Part shown: in pieces, positions 1 to 8,790 of the stretch
How the letters are laid out: each line of letters starts with the position of its first letter
Position numbering within the stretch: the first letter of the stretch is position 1
NCBI GenBank assembly: GCA_025774555.1
Contig: JALGVT010000006.1
Coordinates: 46,158 to 110,157 of the forward strand
DNA: 64,000 nucleotides
Source: a candidate division LCP-89 bacterium
GTDB lineage: Bacteria > Electryoneota > B3-LCP
Direction of reading: 5' to 3'
Translations under genes and position numbers: made by a program
Notes under the pieces: model-generated
Databases searched by the model: none
Seen by the model: the letters and a program-made list of their open reading frames with translations, nothing else
Told to the model about the DNA's origin: nothing

Positions 1-1276
1 AGCTATAAGCATATGCATGTTGTTCATGATAATCAATTAAGCCCACATAAGGAGGACTTGTAAAGATCCCCTTGACCTTATTTTTATCAACTAGTTCTCC
101 AAGTGTTTCATCTTTCGCTTTTAGGTTTTTAATTAAATCGATACTCTTTGAATCTCCTATTAAACATACTTGTCGAGAGTCTGTTCTCAATTTCTCAAAC
201 TTTACCAATCTATCAATAGCATCTTCGCTATATTTATCCCACCATTTTTTTATAGAAAACAGGGGTTTGCAAATCTTCTTGTGCTTAGTACAATAATATG
301 TTGAATTAATTGGCTCTTTTAAAGTAGCGAGATCGGAATGTGTCGTAGCACGGCATGATCTTATAGCTCTACTAAGTATAATACTCACTATTATTTTTGT
401 CTTAATATCCTTAATATTTTTAATTATATCAAAAACGAAATCTATCTCTTCACGTACTGGTTTCAAATACCATCTATCTAGAAAATCCTCTTTTTTGTTT
501 TGATCCAATTCTATTTCATACTTTTTAATTAGATCCCAGTATGTTGTCAGAAATCCATTGGCTTTCTCTCTGCCGTACCTATGTTCGTCAATCGAGCCAT
601 TGTTAACATTGTATTTGAATTCTGGTGAAGGGAAGTTTATATTGTTGTACTCTCTTATAGAATCAAGTAATTCACCCTCAAATTCTAAGATCTGCTTCTC
701 TGAAATAAATTCATTTAGTTGTCTTGAGATTGTTTTTACAACCATATATAATTTATGCAAATTATAGCGATATAACTTTGAATTCGATATAAGAGCATTA
801 AATGCCGAGATATCGATACCAATGGCGTGCATTCCAAGTTCATTTGCCTGCACAAGAGTTGTTCCACTCCCACAAAAAGGATCTAAAATAACATCTCCAG
901 GTTTAAAATATGCCACACGTTTGAAATCGTCAGTATGATTATCAAGAAAATATTCAACTAATTGTGGAATAAATTTCCCTTTATATGGATGTAGCCTATG
1001 AACGTGCTTTGTCCTTTCTTTCTCAGAATAGTTGTCGAATGACAAAGCCCAATTCAGGTCGTCACCTAATTTTTTCTTCCACTCAATCTCAAGCTTACCT
1101 ATACGAGATTTGTAATATTTTTCTAAGTCTGACTGGGTTACATACAAATTCCCGTTCGAATTGTGTTTTCTTACGCGTCCATATTGAATGAGATATGAGA
1201 TGTTTGAAATACTGATATTTCTACCAGTCAATTCAGTTGCCCAAGTGCTCGCTTGTTTAAGTGTTAGAAAATCCAT
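1..1276 (-). CDS. Site-specific DNA methyltransferase, N4-cytosine type (partial, runs off left edge)
   Basis: Not in the ORF track; translated by hand from ATG at 1276 (MDFLTLKQASTWATEL...). Contains KGKFIPQLVEYF, SAM-binding motif I (ILDPFCGSGTT) and catalytic motif IV (GIFTSPPY) near position 60. Strongly AT-rich. Confidence 0.9.
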   Translation of the reverse strand, partial: MDFLTLKQASTWATELTGRNISISNISYLIQYGRVRKHNSNGNLYVTQSDLEKYYKSRIGKLEIEWKKKLGDDLNWALSFDNYSEKERTKHVHRLHPYKGKFIPQLVEYFLDNHTDDFKRVAYFKPGDVILDPFCGSGTTLVQANELGMHAIGIDISAFNALISNSKLYRYNLHKLYMVVKTISRQLNEFISEKQILEFEGELLDSIREYNNINFPSPEFKYNVNNGSIDEHRYGREKANGFLTTYWDLIKKYEIELDQNKKEDFLDRWYLKPVREEIDFVFDIIKNIKDIKTKIIVSIILSRAIRSCRATTHSDLATLKEPINSTYYCTKHKKICKPLFSIKKWWDKYSEDAIDRLVKFEKLRTDSRQVCLIGDSKSIDLIKNLKAKDETLGELVDKNKVKGIFTSPPYVGLIDYHEQHAYAYS

Positions 1277-1421
1277 TTAATTTTGGTGATTAAGACGCCT
1301 TTAACTACATGCTGAAATATACAAAGAAGAAGTATGAAATCATAGTATAGAATTGTATTTTTAACAAAAATGCAGGGAGGTACGGGTGCCTCACAGCCCC
1401 ACAATTCATTGTAGGGTGAAA

Positions 1422-1469
1422 TGGATTCCCCCATAGGGGCAATGCTCTGGGTTGTCGCCCGGAATGACA
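1422..1469 (-). repeat. REP-like palindromic element (TGTCATTCC...GGGGAATCCA family)
   Basis: Reverse complement matches 40628-40660; a related copy lies at 49738-49766. Confidence 0.65.
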
Positions 1470-1485
1470 AAGCAATATCAGCTTG

Positions 1486-1550
1486 GTAATCATCCGGGAC
1501 ATCCAGACTGCGTCGGCACCCTTCGGGTGAAGCTGTTCCGGCTACCCACC
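1486..1550 (+). repeat. ~65 bp branched-hairpin dispersed repeat, copy 1
   Basis: About 90% identical to the reverse complement of 50020-50086. Confidence 0.85.
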
Positions 1551-1733
1551 GCTTTGCTGAGGACCTGACGAAACGGGAAAAGGACGATCCCATAAGAATG
1601 GGTCGCCCTTTTTACAGCCAATGGCAGCGCTGAGAATGGCTATGCGGAGTTCTTCCGATGCTGCCTGATGTTATAGCCTATCGAAGAACCATTCAAGCGC
1701 CTGATTCCCCGCCGGATACTGCGATATTGCCGA

Positions 1734-2960
1734 TCATTTGAAGGTGATCTTCTCTATGTCTTCCCAGTCGATATACTCGTTATCTCTTTTGCCCATGAAG
1801 ACGATCAGACCGTCGTTACTGTCGCTGACGTCCTGGGAATCTTCCAACCTCAGTTCCTCGCCGTTCCTGAATTCGACGATGCTGGAATGACGACCTTTCG
1901 GTGTGATCGATTTGATCCTGTGGAAGGGGATATAAAATTCCATGTCATCCAAGTGTCCGTTCAGAATTTCATAGCCTTCGGTTTCGTCGAGGTCGAAAAC
2001 GATATCTCCTTCAAACGAGCCGCCGTCGATGGTTTCGACGATGCCTTCGAGCTTTTTGTCGCTTTTATAGGCTTTGTACGGTTTTCCCGAATCATCTTTA
2101 TCTTCGTAGATAACTTCCCTGAACTCATCCCATTGGACTTCGATCTTGCCGTAACGTTCGTCCATGACGAAAATGCCGCGATTGGCATTGTTGACGTCGT
2201 TGGTGCCTCTAAGCTCGTATTCTCTACCGTCTTTCAGTGTTGCCAGGCAGGCTCTGCGGCTGAGGCGTTTGATCGAGCGGATATTACCGCATTCGATTTC
2301 CATATCGCCATCTTCGGTCTCGCCGTCCAAGATGTCCGTTGAAATGCTCTCTTCAGCGTCCCAGAGGATATAGCCTTCGAAATCCATTTCCGAAGTTCTA
2401 AGTTTTCCCCTTAATCTGTAACCTTCCGTCTCTGCGGACCGTGGAGTAGGCATAAACTCAATCTTTTTGATGTTATCCCATTTGATGTTGATCCTGCCCA
2501 TATCTTCATCGACCATCCTGATTTTAACGTCGATGTCTCCACCGCCATCGACGTCGAATTCAGCGCCGTTCTTCATGATAATCGTCGATCTGGAGTGGCG
2601 GCGGTTCATGATGGTCTCGATTTCGCCGAACTGGGTCATGAATATGTGAGTGTCTGCAAATCCAAAGGATTGATACACCTTTAGTCCGAAGATTGAGAAA
2701 TCTCCGTCGCCCCTCGCGCTCTTCTTCTTTTTATTTTTAGGTGCATATCTGAGCCAGGGATTGTCCTCTTTACTGGCGTTGAACAGATCGTCCCAGAAGA
2801 GTTCCTGTTTCCCCCAGCGCATGGTGCCGGTGTAGGTATCACCGTCGCGGGTGGTAATCTTTCCGTAGATAAAACCTTCATTATCAGCGCCTTCAGCGGT
2901 ATGACCTGCGGTTATAAAGGATATCGCCAGGATTATTAAAGCTGCTTTTTTAAGCTGCAT
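1734..2960 (-). CDS. Secreted protein built from three ~120 aa internal repeats
   Basis: Signal peptide. Repeats begin YGKITTRDGDTYTG.., LRGKLRTSEMDFEG.. and LEGIVETIDGGSFEG... Last gene of the ECF operon. Confidence 0.85.
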   Translation of the reverse strand: MQLKKAALIILAISFITAGHTAEGADNEGFIYGKITTRDGDTYTGTMRWGKQELFWDDLFNASKEDNPWLRYAPKNKKKKSARGDGDFSIFGLKVYQSFGFADTHIFMTQFGEIETIMNRRHSRSTIIMKNGAEFDVDGGGDIDVKIRMVDEDMGRINIKWDNIKKIEFMPTPRSAETEGYRLRGKLRTSEMDFEGYILWDAEESISTDILDGETEDGDMEIECGNIRSIKRLSRRACLATLKDGREYELRGTNDVNNANRGIFVMDERYGKIEVQWDEFREVIYEDKDDSGKPYKAYKSDKKLEGIVETIDGGSFEGDIVFDLDETEGYEILNGHLDDMEFYIPFHRIKSITPKGRHSSIVEFRNGEELRLEDSQDVSDSNDGLIVFMGKRDNEYIDWEDIEKITFK

Positions 2961-2978
2961 TATGACCTCATTTGCTAT

Positions 2979-3581
2979 TTAAAATTTAAACGTTTCGCCA
3001 TCTCTATCGTAATTCGTTTGCTGTAACTTTTCGCTGTTTCTGCTGCCCTCCAGATAATCATTATCAATCGGCTCAAAACTCTCCTCCCATCTTTGACTTG
3101 CCACCGAATGCAGGATCATATACATTTTCTGATGATATACCGGATCAGCCGTCAGCAGTTCTCTTGTCAGCGAGAGGAACTGCGCCTCATTCATTTTCCC
3201 TGAATTACTTGCCAGAACGATGGGATTATTGGCTGTCATCATAGGGATGATGTTTGAACGGCTCTGATAACCGAGGATAAAGCTGATTGCCAGAACGGCG
3301 GCGATGCTGATTGCCTTGAACATCGTTGAACGGAAGGGTATAGATTTCGCACTCTTTATCGGCGTGGCTTCCGATTCGATATTCTCCCAGATTCTGCCGG
3401 GAATGACGGGCGGCGCGGTTTCCGCATCCGTTCTCTCCTGGAGCCGCTGGAATTCGATAAAGAGTTCCATGCACTCGCTGCATGAGGCAATATGTTTTAC
3501 CGTATCGGTGAGTTCTTCTCCCCGAAGTTCACCGTCGATCATCGCCGATATGTTGATTTGATACTCTTCGCATCCCATCAT
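2979..3581 (-). CDS. Zinc-binding anti-sigma factor (zf-HC2/ZAS) with one TM helix
   Basis: HIASCSEC (HxxxCxxC), a TM segment, and position directly after the ECF sigma gene. Confidence 0.9.
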   Translation of the reverse strand: MMGCEEYQINISAMIDGELRGEELTDTVKHIASCSECMELFIEFQRLQERTDAETAPPVIPGRIWENIESEATPIKSAKSIPFRSTMFKAISIAAVLAISFILGYQSRSNIIPMMTANNPIVLASNSGKMNEAQFLSLTRELLTADPVYHQKMYMILHSVASQRWEESFEPIDNDYLEGSRNSEKLQQTNYDRDGETFKF

Positions 3582-3585
3582 GATA

Positions 3586-4092
3586 TTATCCTTGAAATTC
3601 CTGCAGTTCGAAAGCGACCTTTTTACGCGCCCTGAAGACGTTGATTTTCACCATTGAAAGGGACCATCCGGTGATCTCTTCGATCTCCCGATATGAAAGC
3701 CTCTGAATAACCCCCAGCGTAAAAGCAGTCCGGTAAGATTCACTCAGATCAGCCAGCGCATTGTGGAGGAAGCCCATGAAATCTCTTCGCTGGGTGATCT
3801 CCTCGGGCGTCTGGTGATCGATTGTCATATTGTTCTCGATTTGTGATAAATCTGCCACCGGATTTGTTTTGCGTCTGTTATCCTTTTTCTTTGCATCGAG
3901 AAAAAGATTGCGCGAAATAGTCAACAACCAGGAATGGACTTTGTCAGATTCTCTCAATGAATCCTCACACCGCATCGCCTTGATAAAGGTCTCCTGCAGC
4001 AGATCTTCGGCTTCCTGGCGGTTTCCGGTGAGGTTAATTAAGTAGTTTAAGATTCCGGGTGAATGCTTCCGGAAAATTAAGTCCCAGTTCAT
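3586..4092 (-). CDS. ECF RNA polymerase sigma factor
   Basis: Region 2 AEDLLQETFIKA and SWLLTISRN; region 4 LSYREIEEITGWSLSMVKINVFRARKK. Confidence 0.95.
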   Translation of the reverse strand: MNWDLIFRKHSPGILNYLINLTGNRQEAEDLLQETFIKAMRCEDSLRESDKVHSWLLTISRNLFLDAKKKDNRRKTNPVADLSQIENNMTIDHQTPEEITQRRDFMGFLHNALADLSESYRTAFTLGVIQRLSYREIEEITGWSLSMVKINVFRARKKVAFELQEFQG

Positions 4093-4169
4093 GAACTGAA
4101 TAATGTTAATTAATGTAAAAAGCCTGTGTAATATTCAAAATACACCATGCGGCGCGCTGTTATCTATTA

Positions 4170-4195
4170 GACGTCTGTCAGGGTAAAAAGTTACA
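4170..4195 (-). promoter_or_regulatory. Putative autoregulatory ECF promoter
   Basis: Minus strand TGTAAC-N16-CGTC about 80 bp upstream of the ECF gene, matching the AAC/CGT pattern of ECF promoters. Confidence 0.75.
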
Positions 4196-4226
4196 GGCTC
4201 TGATTATATTTATGGGAGACTAAGAA

Positions 4227-4372
4227 AGGGGCTGTCCCAAAAGTCCATAAAAAGTCATTACGAAAGAATTGTGATAATCTCTCAGTGCTTATAATACAGG
4301 AGATTGCCACGTCAATAGCCGGACGGCTGATTCTTCGCAATGACTCAATATTCTTCTTTTGGGACAGCCCCT
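4227..4372. mobile_element. MITE-like element, copy 1
   Basis: Perfect 17 bp terminal inverted repeats AGGGGCTGTCCCAAAAG / CTTTTGGGACAGCCCCT. Interior shared with 50477-50609. Confidence 0.75.
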
Positions 4373-4382
4373 TATCAGTTTG

Positions 4383-4456
4383 TACGCCCTAAGGGATTCG
4401 AACCCCCAACCTTCTGGTCCGTAGCCAGACGCTCTATCCAGTTGAGCTAAGGGCGC
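4383..4456 (-). tRNA. tRNA-Arg(ACG)
   Basis: GCGCCCTTAGCTCAACTGGATAGAGCGTCTGGCT-ACG-GACCAGAAGGTTGGGGGTTCGAATCCCTTAGGGCGTA; folds as a cloverleaf; CCA not encoded. Confidence 0.97.
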
Positions 4457-4574
4457 AATAAGACGTAAAATATATATTTTTATTTTTACCTCCGCAAGAG
4501 ATTAAATGAGATATTGCTATTCAATAATGAGAAAGCGTTACGTACAAATTCTCGATTTAAGCGGTATGGTTATA

Positions 4575-4597
4575 TTATCACCCCCGGGGGGTGATAA
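4575..4597. promoter_or_regulatory. C-tract/G-tract palindrome, possible CsoR/RcnR/CstR-type operator
   Basis: TTATCACCCCC-G-GGGGGTGATAA, a perfect inverted repeat about 115 bp upstream of the cysteine desulfurase gene. Confidence 0.45.
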
Positions 4598-4710
4598 GGT
4601 ATTTCTCAACATATTTATTGAGATTTACTTGATCCCTTGTGTAAAATTTGCTAAATTACTCCCATTAGTTTCAAAGAGGAAACGATAACCTGTAAGCGCG
4701 GAGTACGTTA

Positions 4711-5877
4711 ATGGAGAACCTTATATACCTCGATAATGCTGCAACAGCATGGCCCAAACCTGAGAACGTCTATGAATTTGCCATTGATTTCTACCGGAAG
4801 ACCGGCGTCAATCCGGGCAGAAGCGGTTTTGATATGGCGATTGAGGCAGGTAATATCATCGAAAACCTGCGTGTGCGGCTGACGAAGTTTTTCGGCGGTG
4901 ATGAAGACGTGCCGGAACGCCTCTGCTTCGGATATAATGCAACGGACGCTCTGAACCTCATTGTCCGGGGACTGCTTCAGGCGGGAGATCACGTCATTAC
5001 CACTAATGTCGAACATAACTCAGTTATTCGACCGGTTAACTGCATGGTTCGTGATAACGGCGTCGAAGCAACCTATATCCCTTTCAATAATAAGGGCTTC
5101 ATCGATCCCGATGACATAAAGAATGCCATAAAATCCAACACCAAACTGGTTATCGTCAATCACGGATCGAATGTTTTAGGGACGGTTCAGTTTATAAAGG
5201 AGATAGGATTAATCTGTAAAGAGAAGGGGGTTCTTTTCGCCACGGACACATCGCAGACGGCGGGCGTTATTCCGGTCAATATGAAAGAGATGAACGTGGA
5301 TGTGCTGGCTTTTACAGGTCATAAATCGCTGATGGGATTTACCGGTATCGGAGGTTTATGCGTTCGCAAGGACGTCGATATCCGGCAGACTCGCAGCGGC
5401 GGGACTGGAGTCCGTTCCGCTTATCCATATCACCTCGAGGAATACCCTTTCAGGATGGAATACGGCACGCCCAATATGGTTGGTGTGGCGTCTCTCTGGG
5501 CTGGTCAGGACTTTATTGAAGAACGAGGCGTAGAGAACATCCATAAGCAGGAGATGGATCTGGCAAAAAGGCTGGTCAACGGATTCAGGGAGATTGAGGG
5601 CGTTCAAATCTACGGCTGTGAGGATATGGAGAATCACCTCTCTACTATAACCATCAACATAGATAAATTTGAAGCCGGAGACGTCGGCATTATACTGGAC
5701 GTTGATTTCGATATTGCCACCCGCACCGGGCTGCACTGCGCTCCGCTGGTGCATAAACAGCTCGGACTCGTCGAGAGTCACGGCGGCGTTCGGTTCTCCA
5801 TCGGCGCATTCAACACTGAAGAGCACATTGACCGCGCTATAGAGGCGGTGGACGTGATTGCGAAGAGCAGGAAATAG
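4711..5877 (+). CDS. Cysteine desulfurase family protein (class V aminotransferase, SufS/CsdA-like)
   Basis: YLDNAAT, EHNSV, TGHK (PLP lysine) and RTGLHCAP (catalytic Cys). Confidence 0.93.
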   Translation: MENLIYLDNAATAWPKPENVYEFAIDFYRKTGVNPGRSGFDMAIEAGNIIENLRVRLTKFFGGDEDVPERLCFGYNATDALNLIVRGLLQAGDHVITTNVEHNSVIRPVNCMVRDNGVEATYIPFNNKGFIDPDDIKNAIKSNTKLVIVNHGSNVLGTVQFIKEIGLICKEKGVLFATDTSQTAGVIPVNMKEMNVDVLAFTGHKSLMGFTGIGGLCVRKDVDIRQTRSGGTGVRSAYPYHLEEYPFRMEYGTPNMVGVASLWAGQDFIEERGVENIHKQEMDLAKRLVNGFREIEGVQIYGCEDMENHLSTITINIDKFEAGDVGIILDVDFDIATRTGLHCAPLVHKQLGLVESHGGVRFSIGAFNTEEHIDRAIEAVDVIAKSRK

Positions 5878-5928
5878 CAGACAAAAATTTAATATATCGG
5901 GCGGAATTGACTGCCTGAATAATTATTG

Positions 5929-5964
5929 AGACCGCCTTACGTAAGGTTATGGCGGTCTTTTTTT
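5929..5964 (+). terminator. Rho-independent terminator
   Basis: AGACCGCC...GGCGGTCT followed by a T run. Confidence 0.75.
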
Positions 5965-6079
5965 GTTTATAGCGATTCAAACAAACTCGATATTGTTACG
6001 TATTTTTCAAAGAAGCCGGTAATAATTAGAAAATCTGCGCTTCAGATGTTTGCAGTAAAAGCGACGTTTTCGGAATAAA

Positions 6080-6448
6080 ATGAAATCTTCGAGTGCACAA
6101 ATATTAACATGGTTAGTGATACTGGTTTGTGTTGTGAGTTTTTCGCAGTTGGCATACGCATTTTCACATGACCGCCCGGTAAGTTCAGAAGAGCAGATAG
6201 ATTGCTGCTGTTGCGGCAGCGATTATAATTGCTCAGATGAACTGCCCTGTCAGAGTTCTAATCCGTATGACCATAGGTCCTGTGACAGCAACGTGTGCAA
6301 CGCACAATATGTCGTCAATGCTTTTATTCCAGCAACCTCGCACTTTTCAATTCCCGATTCATACGACTTGATATCCCATCAAATCACACATAATCCCACC
6401 AAGGCTCACACCCAAAGCATTTACCGTCCTCCCATCTCTTCCAGTTGA
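6080..6448 (+). CDS. Small exported Cys/His-rich protein with C-terminal YRPP motif (putative metal-sensing leader peptide)
   Basis: N-terminal hydrophobic segment, CCCC cluster, ends IYRPPISSS; immediately upstream of a TonB receptor. Confidence 0.7.
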   Translation: MKSSSAQILTWLVILVCVVSFSQLAYAFSHDRPVSSEEQIDCCCCGSDYNCSDELPCQSSNPYDHRSCDSNVCNAQYVVNAFIPATSHFSIPDSYDLISHQITHNPTKAHTQSIYRPPISSS

Positions 6449-6542
6449 CAGATAGATAAAACAGCAGAAGTATTCCAGGAGATATGTTCTAATTCAATAT
6501 ACTTCTGCAACGGATAATTACCTAATGTTAACAGGAGAGATC

Positions 6543-8762
6543 ATGTACAAAATATCAATAAAATGGGATAGATACCTGTTTTCCGCAGCAATTCTGACGC
6601 TATTCTTTGTCCAGATTGCAGGAGCTGGAACTGTTAAAGGAAAAGTAACCGACGATGCCAACAATTCACTTGCAGGTGTGAACATTGTTATAGAAGGCAC
6701 TGCTATAGGCGCCTCTACAGACCTGAAAGGGGATTTTGTAATCGCACAGGTCCCCGCCGGTGAAGTCACAGTTATGGCATCTCATATCGGTTATATGGAG
6801 AGATCCAATATTATCTACGTATCGGCTGAGAAAGACGCAATCGTCAATTTTCAGTTGGATTATGATCCGGTATCCCTGGAAATGATCGAGGTCGAAGCTA
6901 TGCGCAAAACGTCGCATATAAAGATGGATGAGCCGGTGCGTATCGAAGTAGTTTCAGGGGAAGAACTGAGGCGCTCATCCACCGACGGTGGACTTCTGTC
7001 GGCGCTGGGAAAGCAGACTGGTCTGAACACTCGTCCCTGTGCGTTGTGCGGTTCTGCTGGTATAGGTATGCAGGGATTGGATCCGTCCTACACTGAAATC
7101 AACATTGATGGTTTGCCGGTTCTATCCGGTTTGGGATCATTATATGGATTGGACGCAGTCGCTGTCAATGATATATCAAAAGTGGATATCATCAAAGGGA
7201 GTGGCTCTTCGGAATATGGTGCGGGAGCAATTGCCGGAGCGGTGAATCTGGCTACTGCCGAGCCAGCTGACATTTCTTCTTTGAAAGTAAAACTATCCGG
7301 CGGGGAAACCATGCAGCATAGTTTTGACGGAAATATGCAGAGAAATATCAATGGCATACCTTTGCGCTTTTCCGTGAATTATGGGGCTGAACCGTTAAGA
7401 ATCAATCGAAACAGCGATGATTTTACAGATACTCCGCAATATTATCGGTTGGGGTTGAACCTGAGTGCAGCGAAGACATACAGCAGGGGCGTTTTTCGCG
7501 CAGGCGTTCGTCTGTATGGCGAAGACCGTTTCGCCGGGGATGTTGATTGGAAGACCGATGATCGCGGCAGCGCGGACGTCTATGGACGGGATATACATAC
7601 CAGGCGCGGTGAAGTTTCCCTGAAATATAGCAGTAACCATCTGTCATGGGGCAGCTGGAGCTATGAATCAGCCTATGTGCAGCACAATCATGATTCATGG
7701 TACGGTATCACCGAATTCGACGCACAGCAGACAAAGGCGATCAATCGCTTATCATTTGTGCGGGAATGGGAGTTCGGGCATTCCACTCTTTTGCAGGGGA
7801 TGTACAGTTATAATCGGTATGAGGACAACCTTAACCTTTTATCTGAAACTGACCGGACAGATCATATTCCTGGAATCATGGTTCAGCACACCTGGAAACC
7901 GTCTGTAAAAATCGTAGTTCAGGGTGGAATTCGAGCTGAACATTACCAGAAAGATGACGTTGTGCCCACCGCTCGTGGGTCGGTATTATACTTGCCAGCA
8001 CAATGGTTCGGCGTTCGCATGTCTGGTGGGACGGGATACAGACCGGTGACCATTTTCAGCCTTGATAAAGCAGTCCATGTGGGATTTGACAATGTCATTG
8101 TTCCTGAAGAGTTGGAACCGGAGCGGAGCGTGAATGGATCATTAACGCTGACCACCCGCTACGTCAAGCCTGCTCACTCCATGCAGATAGATTTGACCGG
8201 CTTCTATACAAGGTTCGACAATAAGGCGGTTTTAGCCTTCGGTCATGAGATTGGTTCCACAATTTACTCAAATGCAGATGATGCTTATAGTCGTGGTGTG
8301 GAATTGAGGCTAATCTGGGCACACATCAGGGGGTGGGATTTGTCTGCCGGCGGCACGCTATCGGAAGTTCGTTACAAAGATGCCGAGGGTTGGCACGATA
8401 ACGAATTGCAGAATGCTTATACCGCGAACGCTTCACTGTCCAAGCGCTGGAATGTCCCTGCCATTACTATAGAGATAAAGACGAATGTCTTTGGTCCCCA
8501 GATGCTACCGGAGGGACGCAGCCGGTCAGAATCGCCGGTCTATTCCATCTGGGATGCAGGAATCAGTAAAAGGTTCAGTTCACTCAACCTGGCGTTGAGC
8601 ATAAATAACATTACCGATTGGATTCAGCCGGATGACCCGTTTGTGACAAGTTCAACAGGAAGTGGAAAAATTGCTGATTCAGCCATGATATATGGACCAC
8701 TGCTGGGGCGGACTATCCGTATCAGCATAGATTATACGTTCGGCGGCAATCAACAGAAATGA
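6543..8762 (+). CDS. TonB-dependent receptor with N-terminal carboxypeptidase-regulatory-like domain
   Basis: Signal peptide; plug with CALC motif and VDIIKGSGSSEYGAGAIAGAVN; beta-barrel ending GRTIRISIDYTF. Start taken at ATG 6543 after an AGGAG RBS. Confidence 0.93.
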   Translation: MYKISIKWDRYLFSAAILTLFFVQIAGAGTVKGKVTDDANNSLAGVNIVIEGTAIGASTDLKGDFVIAQVPAGEVTVMASHIGYMERSNIIYVSAEKDAIVNFQLDYDPVSLEMIEVEAMRKTSHIKMDEPVRIEVVSGEELRRSSTDGGLLSALGKQTGLNTRPCALCGSAGIGMQGLDPSYTEINIDGLPVLSGLGSLYGLDAVAVNDISKVDIIKGSGSSEYGAGAIAGAVNLATAEPADISSLKVKLSGGETMQHSFDGNMQRNINGIPLRFSVNYGAEPLRINRNSDDFTDTPQYYRLGLNLSAAKTYSRGVFRAGVRLYGEDRFAGDVDWKTDDRGSADVYGRDIHTRRGEVSLKYSSNHLSWGSWSYESAYVQHNHDSWYGITEFDAQQTKAINRLSFVREWEFGHSTLLQGMYSYNRYEDNLNLLSETDRTDHIPGIMVQHTWKPSVKIVVQGGIRAEHYQKDDVVPTARGSVLYLPAQWFGVRMSGGTGYRPVTIFSLDKAVHVGFDNVIVPEELEPERSVNGSLTLTTRYVKPAHSMQIDLTGFYTRFDNKAVLAFGHEIGSTIYSNADDAYSRGVELRLIWAHIRGWDLSAGGTLSEVRYKDAEGWHDNELQNAYTANASLSKRWNVPAITIEIKTNVFGPQMLPEGRSRSESPVYSIWDAGISKRFSSLNLALSINNITDWIQPDDPFVTSSTGSGKIADSAMIYGPLLGRTIRISIDYTFGGNQQK

Positions 8763-8790
8763 GATGTAGAATATAAAAAAGAGGTTAATC

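Noticed and set aside
72-1191. Plus-strand ORFs 72-296, 558-767 and 985-1191
   Set aside because: Antisense shadows of the minus-strand methyltransferase.
1264-1593. ORFs 1264-1593 and 1305-1502
   Set aside because: They run through REP-like repeats and have no protein-like features.
1-4456. Genomic island integrated at the tRNA-Arg 3' end
   Set aside because: No integrase and no duplicate of the tRNA 3' end seen in the window; the ECF operon has host-like composition.
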